A stretch of 49,771 nucleotides of DNA from Planctomycetales bacterium (GTDB taxonomy: Bacteria; Planctomycetota; Planctomycetia; Pirellulales; Pirellulaceae), in contig JAGQPC010000229.1 of the NCBI GenBank assembly GCA_020426925.1, positions 1 to 49,771 of the forward strand, read 5' to 3'. Both the position numbers and the translations under genes were made by a program. How positions within the stretch are numbered: the stretch's first letter is position 1; each line of letters begins with the position of its first letter. Under the pieces are notes generated by a model, which searched no databases, had not been told where the DNA came from, and saw only the letters and a program-made list of their open reading frames with translations. Positions 36,860-47,073 of this stretch are shown here, piece by piece.

Positions 36860-39800
36860 CCGTTCGAGTCCGCTCCGACAACTTCTCTGTCTTGATGCGG
36901 CATCGAGGCGGTGGCTGCCTGCGAGGTTCCCTCGGACCATTGATGCTGCAGAAAGCTACTCGAGTCGTGACGCTTCTGCGCTGGAATTTGGAGCAACTGG
37001 CGACTGATGCTCAATCGCCGAATGAACAGCGCTGTCCACTGTCCTACCAAAGCCAAACAAACACCAATAACCGACGCTTGAGCCATCAAGACGGCTGGAC
37101 CAGGAAAGAGTAGTCCGAAAGTCACCAGCGTCAAAGCTGCCAGCAGCAATACGATCGGCTGGCGCAATTCCCCAAGATAAATGAGCATCAAACCGAACGC
37201 TAAAGCGCAGCCTGATGCGACGGCGACTAGTGCTCTTCGGCTGGCGGACCGAATCGAAGTCGTGCGGAGTGGAACTAGTGAGCGAAAAACATATTCGTTC
37301 CCGCCAGGCGTTGAACGCAAATTCGTTGTGCCAACCCAATTCTCCAAGACGGCTTGAACGTTAGGATTGCGGCTAAAGAACCAACCACGCCAAGTCCACG
37401 GCTGCGCTGGAACTAAGCGATCATCCGAAGTGATCAAGTGTTCGGATGGCGGCAGGGTGAGTTGCCAAATCCACCTTCCACACTCGCTTAGGTTGGTCAG
37501 AAACGGCAGCGTCGCGGCAATGTTTCCGGCCGCCGGTCGTTCGTTGTAGTCCAATTCTACCTCTACAAGAAAGGATCGGCGACTATCCTCTTTTGCCACG
37601 TTGTCGCCAAGCGGAATGCTCAATGTGTTTGCGTTGAGATATCGGTTCGGCTCTTCGACTTCGTTATTATTGACCCAAACGCGAACGGCCGCCGGCGACG
37701 GATTGCCTGGAACATCAATCTGTACTTGTGGACGTCCGGAATGAAGCTGAAACGCAATTTGATCACGACGTCGACTATTCGATAGAGTCGTGTGAACCCA
37801 GAATCGATCCACTCTGGTTTTTTCGCTGGTGTCACCCGCAATCGAATCATCGGCCGTGGCCACCACGCTGGCAGACTTTGGTTGGCCAATCGAGCTCGCG
37901 GCGATTGCGTTTAATCCGATTGTGCCTTCCGCCGCCGCGCCCATCGTTTCAATTGGAAAGTTGGCTTTTGCAAGCTGATTGATTTTCCATTCGGAGTCAG
38001 ATGTAGGCCATTCTACTCGAACACCGTTTGGATTGACGACGATCTGATTCGACACAGTACCTGGCTTTTCAATGCGGCTCGTCAAAAGCGGAATGTCGAT
38101 TGTTTCAACTTCACCTACTGCGAAGTCTTCGTCGTCGAGGGTGTAGGAGACATCGACCACCGACGAACCAATCATTGCTTCCGGCAATTGAATATTGGCG
38201 ATCGCATTGGAACCAGTTACATCTATCGAACGCAGCCACTCAATCGCTGGAAACGATACGCCGTTGATTGTCGTTGAAATTCGACTAGCGCGAGATGTGT
38301 CGCGAATCAGGTCGTACACTTTTTGCGGCAGCTCAAATCGCAACCTTTCTAATCGTTCATACTGAATTTCAAACGCAAATCGCTGTCTGATTTGGACGGT
38401 GTCGTCGGAAAGCTGGACCAAATTCGTAACGCTCAAATGGACCCGTTGCTCGCGCACCTCGACATTGAGTAGGAATTGTCTGGCTTGTCGTTCTGATTGC
38501 ATGCGGAAGCAGCGGACAGGTTGTGTGGACGTTATTGCTGGTAGCTCTTCACGCAAATCCGTTGGAATAGCAACCTGCAAGAACCCTCGCGGTTGATGCT
38601 CTGGAAAATCAAGCATCACATTGTCTGCGGCACCAATCAGCAAGACAGGCTGCGACGTCGAATCAGCGTCTGCGACCGGAAACGACATTTCAGCAGTTGG
38701 TGGTTCGATTAGTTTGTGTGACCGCACTCGCAGCTCAAAATCATCGCTTACAGGAGACTGAAAGAAGATTGTTAGCGTGGAGGTTGCCGCATCGTATTGG
38801 TCAACGTACTGGATTCCGTCCGGAAACGTGACGTAGTCGTACTCCCAATCGTCGAGTTTGACCGTCAGTTGATTTAGACTGCCTCCTCGGATTTGGTACT
38901 GGAACACGCTACGGAGGTAAATTCGATTTGTCTCAACGGACAACACTTGCAGCGGAGTGACCGCCACTCTTGTCGTTTCTAAACTGGCCCAAACGTTGAT
39001 CGAACACGGCTGCCGCGCGTACTTGAATACAGCGAGCAATTCCGGTGAAGTGTCTAGCAATACGTCGTTTACCCGCTGCACGCCTGGACCAGTCTTCCAG
39101 CTCACGCGCGCGTCCAACTTGTTGAATAACCGGACCTGGCCGAACTGACGAACGGTCGTTTGCGATTGCGAATCGACGACTTCCACTGCAGCAATGTTTG
39201 TTTGAATATCCGGAGCTGCGCTTTCTGGCGAGCCGATTCGCAGCTCAATTCGCAAATCGACGGTTTGTTCCGTCGCAGGCGTCGTCATGTTGATTTCGTA
39301 TTGCCGAAAGGCCGACTCCGCGGAAGTCGAGCGAGCTCGAGCCTTATAATTCGACCTGTCCAGCAACGTTATTTCTGCGTTGGCCGGAACGCGAACGTCG
39401 AACGAGCCGATTTCTCGGTTGCTGGACAATTGCAGCTTGACGTTGCTACTGACAATTCCCACTTGTTCGAATGTTGCGTCGATGTCCGCTTCGACGTCGA
39501 GTCTTGCAGGAACTTGTGGCTTCGCTGTATTGGTGTCACCCGTGCGCCAACTGATTTGATAACGTTCTTGAAGCCCAACACATTTGACAAACAGCGAGCC
39601 TTCTTCTTGCCGTTCATCACTAATCCGGCCACCAATGACTTCAGCAATAATTGACTGGCCCTCAATGGTCGCCTCGAATGATGATTGTGTCGCCTTGGGG
39701 AGTGTCAAAGAGAGTTCGGAAGATTCTGCCAGCTGCGTCGTTGGTGCAGACAGGTCAAGCCGAATTGTGATGGACGTCGCATCTGAACCACGGTACCACG

Positions 39801-40254
39801 CAATAAAGCCATCGGTTCGATCGCGCTGAAAGATGCATTCGCCATTTCCTTCGAATTCAGGCGACTCGATCAAGGCAGCTTCATGTAGTCCAAGGGGAAT
39901 GCGCAGCCAATCGTTTTCGTTCTTGTGTTTTTCTTCCGCCCTCCGGATTTGCAGAACGATTACTGCGCGCACTTGTGATTGCTCAGAATGTAGGCCGCCC
40001 GTCAAAGCCAAATTAGCCAACGTGGCGCGATCAGGCTGCATGCGATCGCTACGAGCAATGCGGTTCCTGAGGTACTCGTTGATTTCGTCGTACTGCAGCC
40101 CGTTTAACACGGGGATGTACTGTCCGCTGGCGTTCTTCGCATACAGAATCGACAGAGGATTCTCTTGAACCTTAGGATTTGCTGCATCGTCCTGCTGCGC
40201 AAGAGCACTGGCGCTTAGTAAGAGCAACGCGAGTATCGCGGCAATCTTAGACAT
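36856..40254 (-). CDS. Large envelope protein (1132 aa): signal peptide, ectodomain, C-terminal 3-TM anchor; paralogous to the modules of the downstream giant gene
   Basis: Signal peptide MSKIAAILALLLLSASALAQQ. Three C-terminal hydrophobic helices (ALVAVASGCALAFGLMLIY, IVLLLAALTLVTFGLLF, VIGVCLALVGQWTALFI) followed by a charged tail. Confidence 0.85.
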   Translation of the reverse strand: MSKIAAILALLLLSASALAQQDDAANPKVQENPLSILYAKNASGQYIPVLNGLQYDEINEYLRNRIARSDRMQPDRATLANLALTGGLHSEQSQVRAVIVLQIRRAEEKHKNENDWLRIPLGLHEAALIESPEFEGNGECIFQRDRTDGFIAWYRGSDATSITIRLDLSAPTTQLAESSELSLTLPKATQSSFEATIEGQSIIAEVIGGRISDERQEEGSLFVKCVGLQERYQISWRTGDTNTAKPQVPARLDVEADIDATFEQVGIVSSNVKLQLSSNREIGSFDVRVPANAEITLLDRSNYKARARSTSAESAFRQYEINMTTPATEQTVDLRIELRIGSPESAAPDIQTNIAAVEVVDSQSQTTVRQFGQVRLFNKLDARVSWKTGPGVQRVNDVLLDTSPELLAVFKYARQPCSINVWASLETTRVAVTPLQVLSVETNRIYLRSVFQYQIRGGSLNQLTVKLDDWEYDYVTFPDGIQYVDQYDAATSTLTIFFQSPVSDDFELRVRSHKLIEPPTAEMSFPVADADSTSQPVLLIGAADNVMLDFPEHQPRGFLQVAIPTDLREELPAITSTQPVRCFRMQSERQARQFLLNVEVREQRVHLSVTNLVQLSDDTVQIRQRFAFEIQYERLERLRFELPQKVYDLIRDTSRASRISTTINGVSFPAIEWLRSIDVTGSNAIANIQLPEAMIGSSVVDVSYTLDDEDFAVGEVETIDIPLLTSRIEKPGTVSNQIVVNPNGVRVEWPTSDSEWKINQLAKANFPIETMGAAAEGTIGLNAIAASSIGQPKSASVVATADDSIAGDTSEKTRVDRFWVHTTLSNSRRRDQIAFQLHSGRPQVQIDVPGNPSPAAVRVWVNNNEVEEPNRYLNANTLSIPLGDNVAKEDSRRSFLVEVELDYNERPAAGNIAATLPFLTNLSECGRWIWQLTLPPSEHLITSDDRLVPAQPWTWRGWFFSRNPNVQAVLENWVGTTNLRSTPGGNEYVFRSLVPLRTTSIRSASRRALVAVASGCALAFGLMLIYLGELRQPIVLLLAALTLVTFGLLFPGPAVLMAQASVIGVCLALVGQWTALFIRRLSISRQLLQIPAQKRHDSSSFLQHQWSEGTSQAATASMPHQDREVVGADSNG

Positions 40255-40485
40255 AGATCAACTTGTATACGAACTGTACACACTCCGCATCAAGCAAGCG
40301 GTAACAATTCTAAGCGATGAGGTGTTGGCGGGTACGGGGAACCCCAATCCGCAGACGAGTTACTCTAGTTTACACAGCCCGCGTCGATCACCGGAAGATA
40401 AATGCCCGTCAACTTCAGATTTATTAACAGCCACCGCCGGCGAAAATTGTCAAAGTGTCCGTATCGAAGACAATGTATCCGAACG

Positions 40486-41274
40486 TCAGATTCGCAAGAC
40501 TTTAGCAAGTTCAGCTTGAAGCTCCGGCGTTGCACCCACCACAATTCTTGGCCGCTCTAGATCGACAGCGTGTCCGTTCAAGTCGGTAACCACGCCTCCG
40601 GATTCTTCGATAATTAGCAGGCCAGCCGCCACGTCCCACGTTTTGACGCTGGTTGCCCAGTACGCATCGAGTCTTCCGGCAGCAACAAAGCACATATTCA
40701 ACGCTGCCGATCCAAGCCGCCGCAGCGCCTGGCACCGGACTAGGACTTCAACAAATCGCCGTATTTCCGCAGAATCACGCGCGACCTTCGCCGGAAAGCT
40801 GGCTGCAACGAGCGCCTGGTCTAGCCGGCGAACAGGACTGGTCTTTAACTTCTGTCCATTTTGAAACGCACCGCTCCCTCGAACTGCGGAGTACACAATA
40901 TCGCGGTTCGGATCGTAAATGACGCCCGCGGCGATTTGTCCATCTTGCCGCTGCAGCCCGATCGATACGCAGTAGTTTTCCAACCCGTGAACGTAGTTTG
41001 TAGTTCCGTCGAGTGGGTCCACGATCCAGCGGTAGTCCGAGTTAAAGCTCCTTGAAACGTTTGAGTCTTCCTCGCCAAGGAAGGCGAAATCTGGGAATCG
41101 TGCAGAAAGACACTCAAATATCAACTGCTGCGATGCAACATCCGCTTCCGTCACCAGATCGGCTGGAGCCTTTTCCCGCGGATGTATTTTCCCCCGCATT
41201 GTGAGTAGCAGGGCTCCTGCCTGTCGGGCAGCAGTTTCTGCAGATTCTACCGCGTCTGTTAGGTCGGTGTTCAT
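40486..41274 (-). CDS. Inositol monophosphatase family protein (SuhB/ImpA-like)
   Basis: Motifs FLGEE, WIVDPLDGTTNYVHG and WDVAAGLLIIEESGG. Confidence 0.9.
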   Translation of the reverse strand: MNTDLTDAVESAETAARQAGALLLTMRGKIHPREKAPADLVTEADVASQQLIFECLSARFPDFAFLGEEDSNVSRSFNSDYRWIVDPLDGTTNYVHGLENYCVSIGLQRQDGQIAAGVIYDPNRDIVYSAVRGSGAFQNGQKLKTSPVRRLDQALVAASFPAKVARDSAEIRRFVEVLVRCQALRRLGSAALNMCFVAAGRLDAYWATSVKTWDVAAGLLIIEESGGVVTDLNGHAVDLERPRIVVGATPELQAELAKVLRI

Positions 41275-41359
41275 GTGTATTGTTTGCGCAAAGGGTAAAA
41301 CTTGGCTGACATGTCAATCCCCAAACTTGACGATCCGACCATATTTTTTGGTCGAAGCC

Positions 41360-41387
41360 TAGACAACATCCCCAAAGTTGGTATGAT
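41360..41387 (+). promoter_or_regulatory. Candidate sigma70-type promoter TAGACA-16 nt-TATGAT
   Basis: Read directly: -35-like at 41360-41365 and -10-like at 41382-41387. It overlaps the second copy of the direct repeat ATCCCCAAA(C/G)TTG (41317-41329 and 41368-41380). Confidence 0.35.
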
Positions 41388-41393
41388 CATAGC

Positions 41394-41531
41394 TAGTTAG
41401 AGACAAGGCTTCGCGTCCGGATTCATTTTTATTATTCATACCTGGACAGACATCTTTTTTCTACCTTCGGGTAAATTGGCCTCTTCTCTGTTCCGGCCCC
41501 GTCGTTTGCTTTGCAGCCGACGGGGTTTTTT
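41394..41531 (+). ncRNA. Candidate small RNA or terminator-containing 5' leader (about 140 nt); family not recognised
   Basis: Bracketed by the candidate promoter and a strong intrinsic terminator. It holds no credible ORF. No plus-strand gene upstream would need that terminator. Confidence 0.3.
41497..41531 (+). terminator. Rho-independent terminator
   Basis: CCCCGTCG (41497-41504) pairs with CGACGGGG (41518-41525) across a 13-nt loop, followed by TTTTTTATT. Confidence 0.75.
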
Positions 41532-41568
41532 ATTGGTTGCCGCAGCACCACTGTGAAGGTTATTGGGC

Positions 41569-42264
41569 ATGGAGCCAACAGTTTCTTGGCGGATCAGCGG
41601 CACGCAGGCAGTTAGCCAAGGCGGACGACTCCACTGTGAGGTCGATGTCGCCAAGCCAAGCCAGGGTTTGGAGAACGTTCAGCTTGGTGATTCTCGTTTC
41701 TCGAATTGGTCACTGCTGCGAACGAAGCTGCCAGGAGGCATAGGTACCGAACCAGTCGCCGAACACTATGTTCGAGGCAATGACCTTATCGTGACTTACA
41801 AGCAGACGCCGAACCGTACAGTCAGACCTCAATTGTGTTGGCGGGCTGGCGCCGCTAGTACCGAATTGATCGTATCTGTCCAGACAAGCCTGCTGGAAAG
41901 TTGCCCGGCAATATGTGTGGGTTCCAGGCTGGTCGATGGCGAGGCCTACTCCCTTGACGGTGAGTCTTGTCAGCAGATTACGAATGCTTGCGAAATCCCT
42001 ACGTCCGCGATTCTCTTTCGACCTAACGGAGGCAGCGTCAGCTATCTGGAACTAGTCCATCCAAGTGACGCGAATTTGGTTCGCATTGAGTTTTCTGCCG
42101 ACCAAGTGGAGACGCAGTTCGAAATCTTTAACGACCGGTTAGAAAAAGGAGTGATCCGTCGCGGTCGCTTGCGGTCGCACTTTATCGACCGTGCCAGTGA
42201 CGTTGATTCGGCTATTGAGTTGATGCGAGAGTTCCAGGCATCACCCGCTCCGCTTACGACGTAG
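41569..42264 (+). CDS. Hypothetical protein (about 231 aa)
   Basis: ORF 41563..42264. The ATG at 41569 follows GAAGG by 9 nt. No motif recognised. Confidence 0.55.
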   Translation: MEPTVSWRISGTQAVSQGGRLHCEVDVAKPSQGLENVQLGDSRFSNWSLLRTKLPGGIGTEPVAEHYVRGNDLIVTYKQTPNRTVRPQLCWRAGAASTELIVSVQTSLLESCPAICVGSRLVDGEAYSLDGESCQQITNACEIPTSAILFRPNGGSVSYLELVHPSDANLVRIEFSADQVETQFEIFNDRLEKGVIRRGRLRSHFIDRASDVDSAIELMREFQASPAPLTT

Positions 42265-42469
42265 CGATATACGCCTCTGATTTACGGCGACAGTTCTAAA
42301 TCAACGAGTCGCAGCGCTCTTAATTCGTTGCCTACCACGTTTTCGCGGCATGCACCCACTTGTGTTTTTCAGATGCGTGCGGTTAACTTTGAGGGATTTT
42401 ACCCTGACCGGCCCCGACGGACCGCCGTGCGTCGTATAACACCAGACTGAAGCAACCAGGACTATCAGC

Positions 42470-45400
42470 GTGCCGAAACGCGAAGACATTAAGAAAATTC
42501 TATTAATCGGCTCCGGCCCAATCGTGATCGGGCAAGCGTGCGAATTTGACTATTCTGGCACGCAGGCATGCAAGGCGTTGCGTGAGGAAGGATTTGAGGT
42601 CGTTCTGGTGAACTCAAATCCCGCCACGATCATGACCGATCCGAGCATTGCCGAACGGACTTACATCGAGCCGCTTACTTGGGAAATCGTTGCCAAGGTT
42701 ATCGAAAAGGAACGGCCCGACGCGCTGCTTCCGACATTGGGCGGCCAAACCGGGCTCAACGTGGCAATGGACCTTGAGCGTCACGGCGTACTGGAAAAAT
42801 ACAATTGTCAGATGATTGGCGCCAATGCTGCCGTCATCGCCAAGGCCGAAGAGCGCGATCAATTCAAAACCGCGATGGAGAAGATCGGGCTTGAATGCTG
42901 CCGAGGAAAAACCGTTCGCACCATTGAGGAAGCTCGAGACGTTCTGGAGATGGTAGGTCTCCCGGCGGTCGTTCGCCCGTCGTTCACGATGGGCGGTTCG
43001 GGATCCGCCATCGCGTACAACCGAGAGGAATTCGACAATCTAGTTCGACAAGGACTCGAACAGTCGCCGGTTACCGAAGTTCTCATCGAAGAGTCCATTA
43101 TCGGCTGGAAAGAATACGAAATGGAAGTGATGCGCGACGTGGATGACAACGTCGTGATCATTTGCTCGATCGAAAACTTCGACCCAATGGGTGTTCACAC
43201 AGGCGATTCGATTACGGTCGCTCCGGCGCAAACACTAACCGACAAAGAATACCAGCGAATGCGCGACGCGAGCTTGGCGGTGATTCGCGAAATCGGTGTA
43301 GAAACGGGCGGCTCCAATATTCAGTTTGCGATCAACCCTCAGAACGGGCGGATGATTGTCATCGAAATGAACCCCCGCGTCAGTCGTTCCAGCGCGCTCG
43401 CGTCAAAGGCGACTGGTTTTCCGATCGCAAAGATTGCTGCGAAATTGGCGATTGGATACCGACTTCACGAATTGCCCAACGACATCACAAAAGAAACTCA
43501 AGCATGTTTTGAACCGACGATCGACTACGTCGTTACAAAGATTCCTCGGTTCGCGTTTGAAAAGTTCCCGGAAGCCGACGCAACTCTCACCACGCAAATG
43601 AAAAGCGTGGGAGAAACAATGGCGATCGGGCGAACGTTTAAAGAATCATTCCAGAAAGCGCTTCGAGGACTCGAAGTCGGCAGCTTCGGATTCGGCAGCG
43701 ACAAAAAGGATCTGTGGGGTACCGATAAGCAACCTAGTGACGAAGAGATCCGCGCGAAGCTGGCCGTTCCTAACGCAGACCGAGTTTGGTTTCTGCGCTA
43801 CGCCATGAAAAACGGGATGTCGCTCGAACAAATTTACGAGTTGACCGGAATCGACTTATGGTTTCTCGATCACTTACTAGAAATTGTGGAAACCGAGGAA
43901 CAGCTGCGTGCGATTGGAGCGTTGTCCAAGCTCAACGACGATCTGCTCCGGCAAGCCAAGCGGTACGGGTTTTCCGATCAGCAGCTCGCGCAGATTTTTC
44001 AATGTAGCGATATTGAGATTCGCGAACTTCGAAAAATGCGTGGAATCGTTGCGACTTTCAAATCGGTGGATACGTGCGCGGCCGAATTCGAAGCTTACAC
44101 GCCATACTACTATTCCACCTACGAAGACGAAGACGAAACGCCACCGAAGGCCGACAAGAAACGAATCATGATTTTGGGCGGTGGCCCCAATCGCATTGGT
44201 CAAGGAATTGAATTTGACTACTGTTGTTGCCACGCAAGTTTTGCGCTCCGCGAAATGGGAATCGAATCGATCATGGTCAATTCGAACCCTGAAACGGTCA
44301 GTACCGACTATGACACGAGCGATCTGCTTTTCTTTGAGCCGCTTACGACGGAAGACGTGCTGAATATTTGCGATCGAGTTCAACCGGATGGAGTCATCGT
44401 GCAGTTTGGTGGCCAGACTCCATTGAATCTAGCCCGTGCTCTCGAGCTGGCAGGCGTTCCCATCATCGGCACGAGCGTCGATACGATCGAAGCGGCTGAA
44501 GATCGCGAGAAATTCCAGCAACTTTTGCACAGACTCGGCCTGAAGCAGCCGGCCAACGGGATTGCTCGAAATCTGGCACAAGCACGATCGGAAGCGTCCA
44601 AGATTGGATTTCCATCGCTCGTGCGACCAAGTTTTGTGCTTGGTGGTCGCGCCATGGAAATCTGTTACGACACAGCGCAGTTTGAAAAGTTTGTGGTCGA
44701 GGCCTTCATCGTTGCTCAGGGCCAGCCGGTATTGATCGATCGGTTCTTGGAAGATGCAACGGAAGTCGATGTTGATGCTGTGTGCGATGGCAATCGTGTG
44801 GTTGTTACAGGCATCATGGAACACATCGAGGAAGCGGGCGTACACTCTGGTGATTCAGCATGTGCAATACCGTCATACAGCTTGCCGCAGCCAGTTTTGC
44901 AAGAGATTCGCGAGGCAACGCACGCGCTTGCAATGGAACTGCAAGTGATTGGCCTCATGAACATTCAGTTTGCGGTCAAAACAGAGGACGGTAAGTCGAA
45001 CGTTTACGTTTTAGAAGTGAACCCTCGTGCGAGTCGCACGGTCCCATTTGTCGCCAAAGCGACCGGCATGCCGGTTGCCAAGATTGCCGCGAAAGTCATG
45101 GCTGGAATGTCGCTCGAAGAACAAGGGGTCTCTGAGGAGCCTTTGCCGTCACACGTTTCCATCAAGGAAAGCGTATTTCCATTTCGAAAGTTCGCAGGCG
45201 TTGATATTGTGCTTGGTCCTGAAATGCGAAGTACGGGCGAGGTAATGGGAATTAGCTCCAGGTTTTCGATCGCGTTCGCGAAGAGCCAGCTCGCAGCAGG
45301 AGTCGTATTGCCGACAAGTGGCAAGATTTTTGTGTCGGTGACAAATCGACACAAAGACAAAATCGTCGATTTGTCCCGCCGCCTGCACGCGATGGGATTT

Positions 45401-45712
45401 GAGCTGGTGGCAACATCCGGCACTGCGCGAAGTCTTGAAGAAGCTGACATCCCTGTCGAACGAGTCAAGAAGCTCGCAGAAGGTCATCCCAACCTGGTCG
45501 ATTATCTCATCGATGGTAAGGTCTCCTTGATTCTCAACACGCCGAGCGGCAAAGGTGCCCGCACCGACGAAGGCAAAATTCGGGCATCGGCTGTCCAACA
45601 CGGAGTGTCTAGCATTACAACAATCCAAGCGGCAGAGGCAGCGGTCATGGCGATGGAAGCGTTACGCGAGGAAGAAATGAACGTTGAAGCAATCCAAGAT
45701 CGCTTTGCATAA
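42470..45712 (+). CDS. carB: Carbamoyl-phosphate synthase large subunit
   Basis: GTG start. N-terminus [37 protein letters not shown]. Duplicated ATP-grasp halves (second half [26 protein letters not shown]). C-terminal MGS-like domain. 1080 aa. Confidence 0.97.
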   Translation: MPKREDIKKILLIGSGPIVIGQACEFDYSGTQACKALREEGFEVVLVNSNPATIMTDPSIAERTYIEPLTWEIVAKVIEKERPDALLPTLGGQTGLNVAMDLERHGVLEKYNCQMIGANAAVIAKAEERDQFKTAMEKIGLECCRGKTVRTIEEARDVLEMVGLPAVVRPSFTMGGSGSAIAYNREEFDNLVRQGLEQSPVTEVLIEESIIGWKEYEMEVMRDVDDNVVIICSIENFDPMGVHTGDSITVAPAQTLTDKEYQRMRDASLAVIREIGVETGGSNIQFAINPQNGRMIVIEMNPRVSRSSALASKATGFPIAKIAAKLAIGYRLHELPNDITKETQACFEPTIDYVVTKIPRFAFEKFPEADATLTTQMKSVGETMAIGRTFKESFQKALRGLEVGSFGFGSDKKDLWGTDKQPSDEEIRAKLAVPNADRVWFLRYAMKNGMSLEQIYELTGIDLWFLDHLLEIVETEEQLRAIGALSKLNDDLLRQAKRYGFSDQQLAQIFQCSDIEIRELRKMRGIVATFKSVDTCAAEFEAYTPYYYSTYEDEDETPPKADKKRIMILGGGPNRIGQGIEFDYCCCHASFALREMGIESIMVNSNPETVSTDYDTSDLLFFEPLTTEDVLNICDRVQPDGVIVQFGGQTPLNLARALELAGVPIIGTSVDTIEAAEDREKFQQLLHRLGLKQPANGIARNLAQARSEASKIGFPSLVRPSFVLGGRAMEICYDTAQFEKFVVEAFIVAQGQPVLIDRFLEDATEVDVDAVCDGNRVVVTGIMEHIEEAGVHSGDSACAIPSYSLPQPVLQEIREATHALAMELQVIGLMNIQFAVKTEDGKSNVYVLEVNPRASRTVPFVAKATGMPVAKIAAKVMAGMSLEEQGVSEEPLPSHVSIKESVFPFRKFAGVDIVLGPEMRSTGEVMGISSRFSIAFAKSQLAAGVVLPTSGKIFVSVTNRHKDKIVDLSRRLHAMGFELVATSGTARSLEEADIPVERVKKLAEGHPNLVDYLIDGKVSLILNTPSGKGARTDEGKIRASAVQHGVSSITTIQAAEAAVMAMEALREEEMNVEAIQDRFA

Positions 45713-45730
45713 TTGGCTGAAACAAGAAAC

Positions 45731-45758
45731 GCTGAACCGACTGCGCGATCGGTTCAGC
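45731..45758. terminator. Hairpin between convergent genes (carB and DUF1501); possible bidirectional terminator
   Basis: GCTGAACCGA (45731-45740) pairs with TCGGTTCAGC (45749-45758), a perfect 10-bp stem with an 8-nt loop. There is no clear T-tract on the plus side and a weak one on the minus side. Confidence 0.45.
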
Positions 45759-45791
45759 TCAAGGGAAAGTGTTCTCCGAGAGGAGTCAGTT

Positions 45792-47060
45792 TTAGGAGAA
45801 CAGCTCTCTGATGATCTTTCCTCCATTTGCAATTTTCATTGGCCGCCCATTCTTGCTGGTGAATGTGGTTTCCAACGAAATTCCTAACGCTCGGCAAACG
45901 GTCGCCATCACGTCTTGCGAGGAATAGGGTTCTGTGTCCACGCCCGTGCCATCCGCGTTCGTCGAACCGACAGCGATGCCACCTTGCATGCCGGCTCCGC
46001 CCATGACGACGCTCCACGCTCGAGCCCAGTGATCGCGGCCCGAATTCCCGTTAATGCGCGGTGTTCTGCTGAATTCACCCATCCAGACAACGGCGGTGTC
46101 CTGCAAGATCTCACGCTGTTCAAGGTCTTCGAGTAACGCTGACATTGCGCGATCCAGAGTCGGGAGCTTGTCGTCCTGAAGGGTAGGGAAAATGTTGTTG
46201 TGGTTGTCCCATCCACCGAGATCAACTTCGACAAACGGCACACCAGCCTCAACCAGCCGGCGAGCCATTAGGCAACCGCGGCCGAAGTTGTTCGTCCCGT
46301 ATCTTTCTTGAACACTTTGCGGTTCCTGACGCACTTTGAAAGCATTCATTTGTTCGCTTGTCATGAGACTCAGCGTTTTGTTGAGAACCTTGGCGTGATC
46401 GGTTGCAGCTGATCCTCGTGCTTGCTCAATAAAGCCTTTTTCGACAAGACTCAAAGTTTGCATCCGCCGCAGAAGACGGTCTTGGTCGAGTCCCATCTTC
46501 AGGTTCTTGATGTCACCGTTTGAATTAACAACAAACGGAGCCCAAGTCATTCCTAGAAACCCCGGTCCGACACTACCGCCGCCCACCGCCACAAATGGTG
46601 GAATCTCCAAATCGGGACGCTGTTCCAAAAGCTCATGCGAAATCACTGAGCCGTAACTTGGATGCTCAACGTTAGGATTAGGAGCGTAGCCAGTGTGCAT
46701 AAAGTAACGCCCGCGACTGTGGTCTGCTTCACGAGTGCTCATCGAGCGGACGATTGCAAGGTTGTGCATTTGCCTTGCGATCATTGGAAGATGCTCGCAA
46801 ATCTGCACGTCCCCGCTTGTTGAGATCGGATTGAACGGACCTCCGGTCGCGGCACCGGGCTTGAGGTCCCACAAATCGATTGTCGACGGACCACCGCCCA
46901 TCCAAAGCAATATCGCGGACTTGCGCCGTTGTTTTAAATCGGCGGCGTTTGCATGTAGCGCATTGGTGAGTGACATGGCGGGAAGAGCCACAGCCGATGC
47001 GCCTGCAAGGTGACGCATAAAGTGACGGCGTGACATCCCGCGAGGAACGATTCGATTCAT
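45792..47060 (-). CDS. DUF1501 (sulfatase-like) family protein with Tat signal
   Basis: The ATG at 47060 gives MNRIVPRGMSRRHFMRHLAGASAVALPAMS (twin-arginine motif). Motifs LLWMGGGPSTIDLWDLKP and GRDHW. The longer ORF-track start (47255) would overlap the upstream gene by about 180 nt. Confidence 0.88.
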   Translation of the reverse strand: MNRIVPRGMSRRHFMRHLAGASAVALPAMSLTNALHANAADLKQRRKSAILLWMGGGPSTIDLWDLKPGAATGGPFNPISTSGDVQICEHLPMIARQMHNLAIVRSMSTREADHSRGRYFMHTGYAPNPNVEHPSYGSVISHELLEQRPDLEIPPFVAVGGGSVGPGFLGMTWAPFVVNSNGDIKNLKMGLDQDRLLRRMQTLSLVEKGFIEQARGSAATDHAKVLNKTLSLMTSEQMNAFKVRQEPQSVQERYGTNNFGRGCLMARRLVEAGVPFVEVDLGGWDNHNNIFPTLQDDKLPTLDRAMSALLEDLEQREILQDTAVVWMGEFSRTPRINGNSGRDHWARAWSVVMGGAGMQGGIAVGSTNADGTGVDTEPYSSQDVMATVCRALGISLETTFTSKNGRPMKIANGGKIIRELFS

Positions 47061-47073
47061 GATGATCTCGTTT

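Noticed and set aside
36860-36940. 27-codon N-terminal extension of the giant ORF (MVRGNLAGSHRLDAASRQRSCRSGLER)
   Set aside because: It overlaps the end of the upstream gene. The ATG at 36859 forms an ATGA junction with the upstream stop and immediately yields a signal peptide.
30128-40254. Apparent lower GC content of the giant-gene block, suggesting horizontal acquisition
   Set aside because: This rests only on hand counts of a few 60-nt lines: about 45-53% here versus 63-67% at 13.3 and 21.6 kb, but also 45% at 8.04 kb. That is too sparse and inconsistent. It needs a sliding-window GC and codon-usage calculation.
41436-41654. 72-aa minus-strand ORF spanning the terminator hairpin
   Set aside because: It runs through an intrinsic terminator and the start of the opposite-strand gene. 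It is highly basic and low-complexity, and looks non-coding.
42556-42572. TGGCAC-N5-CATGC inside carB as a second sigma54 promoter
   Set aside because: It lies inside the carB coding sequence just past the start, its -12 element is not TTGC, and no gene lies downstream to serve.
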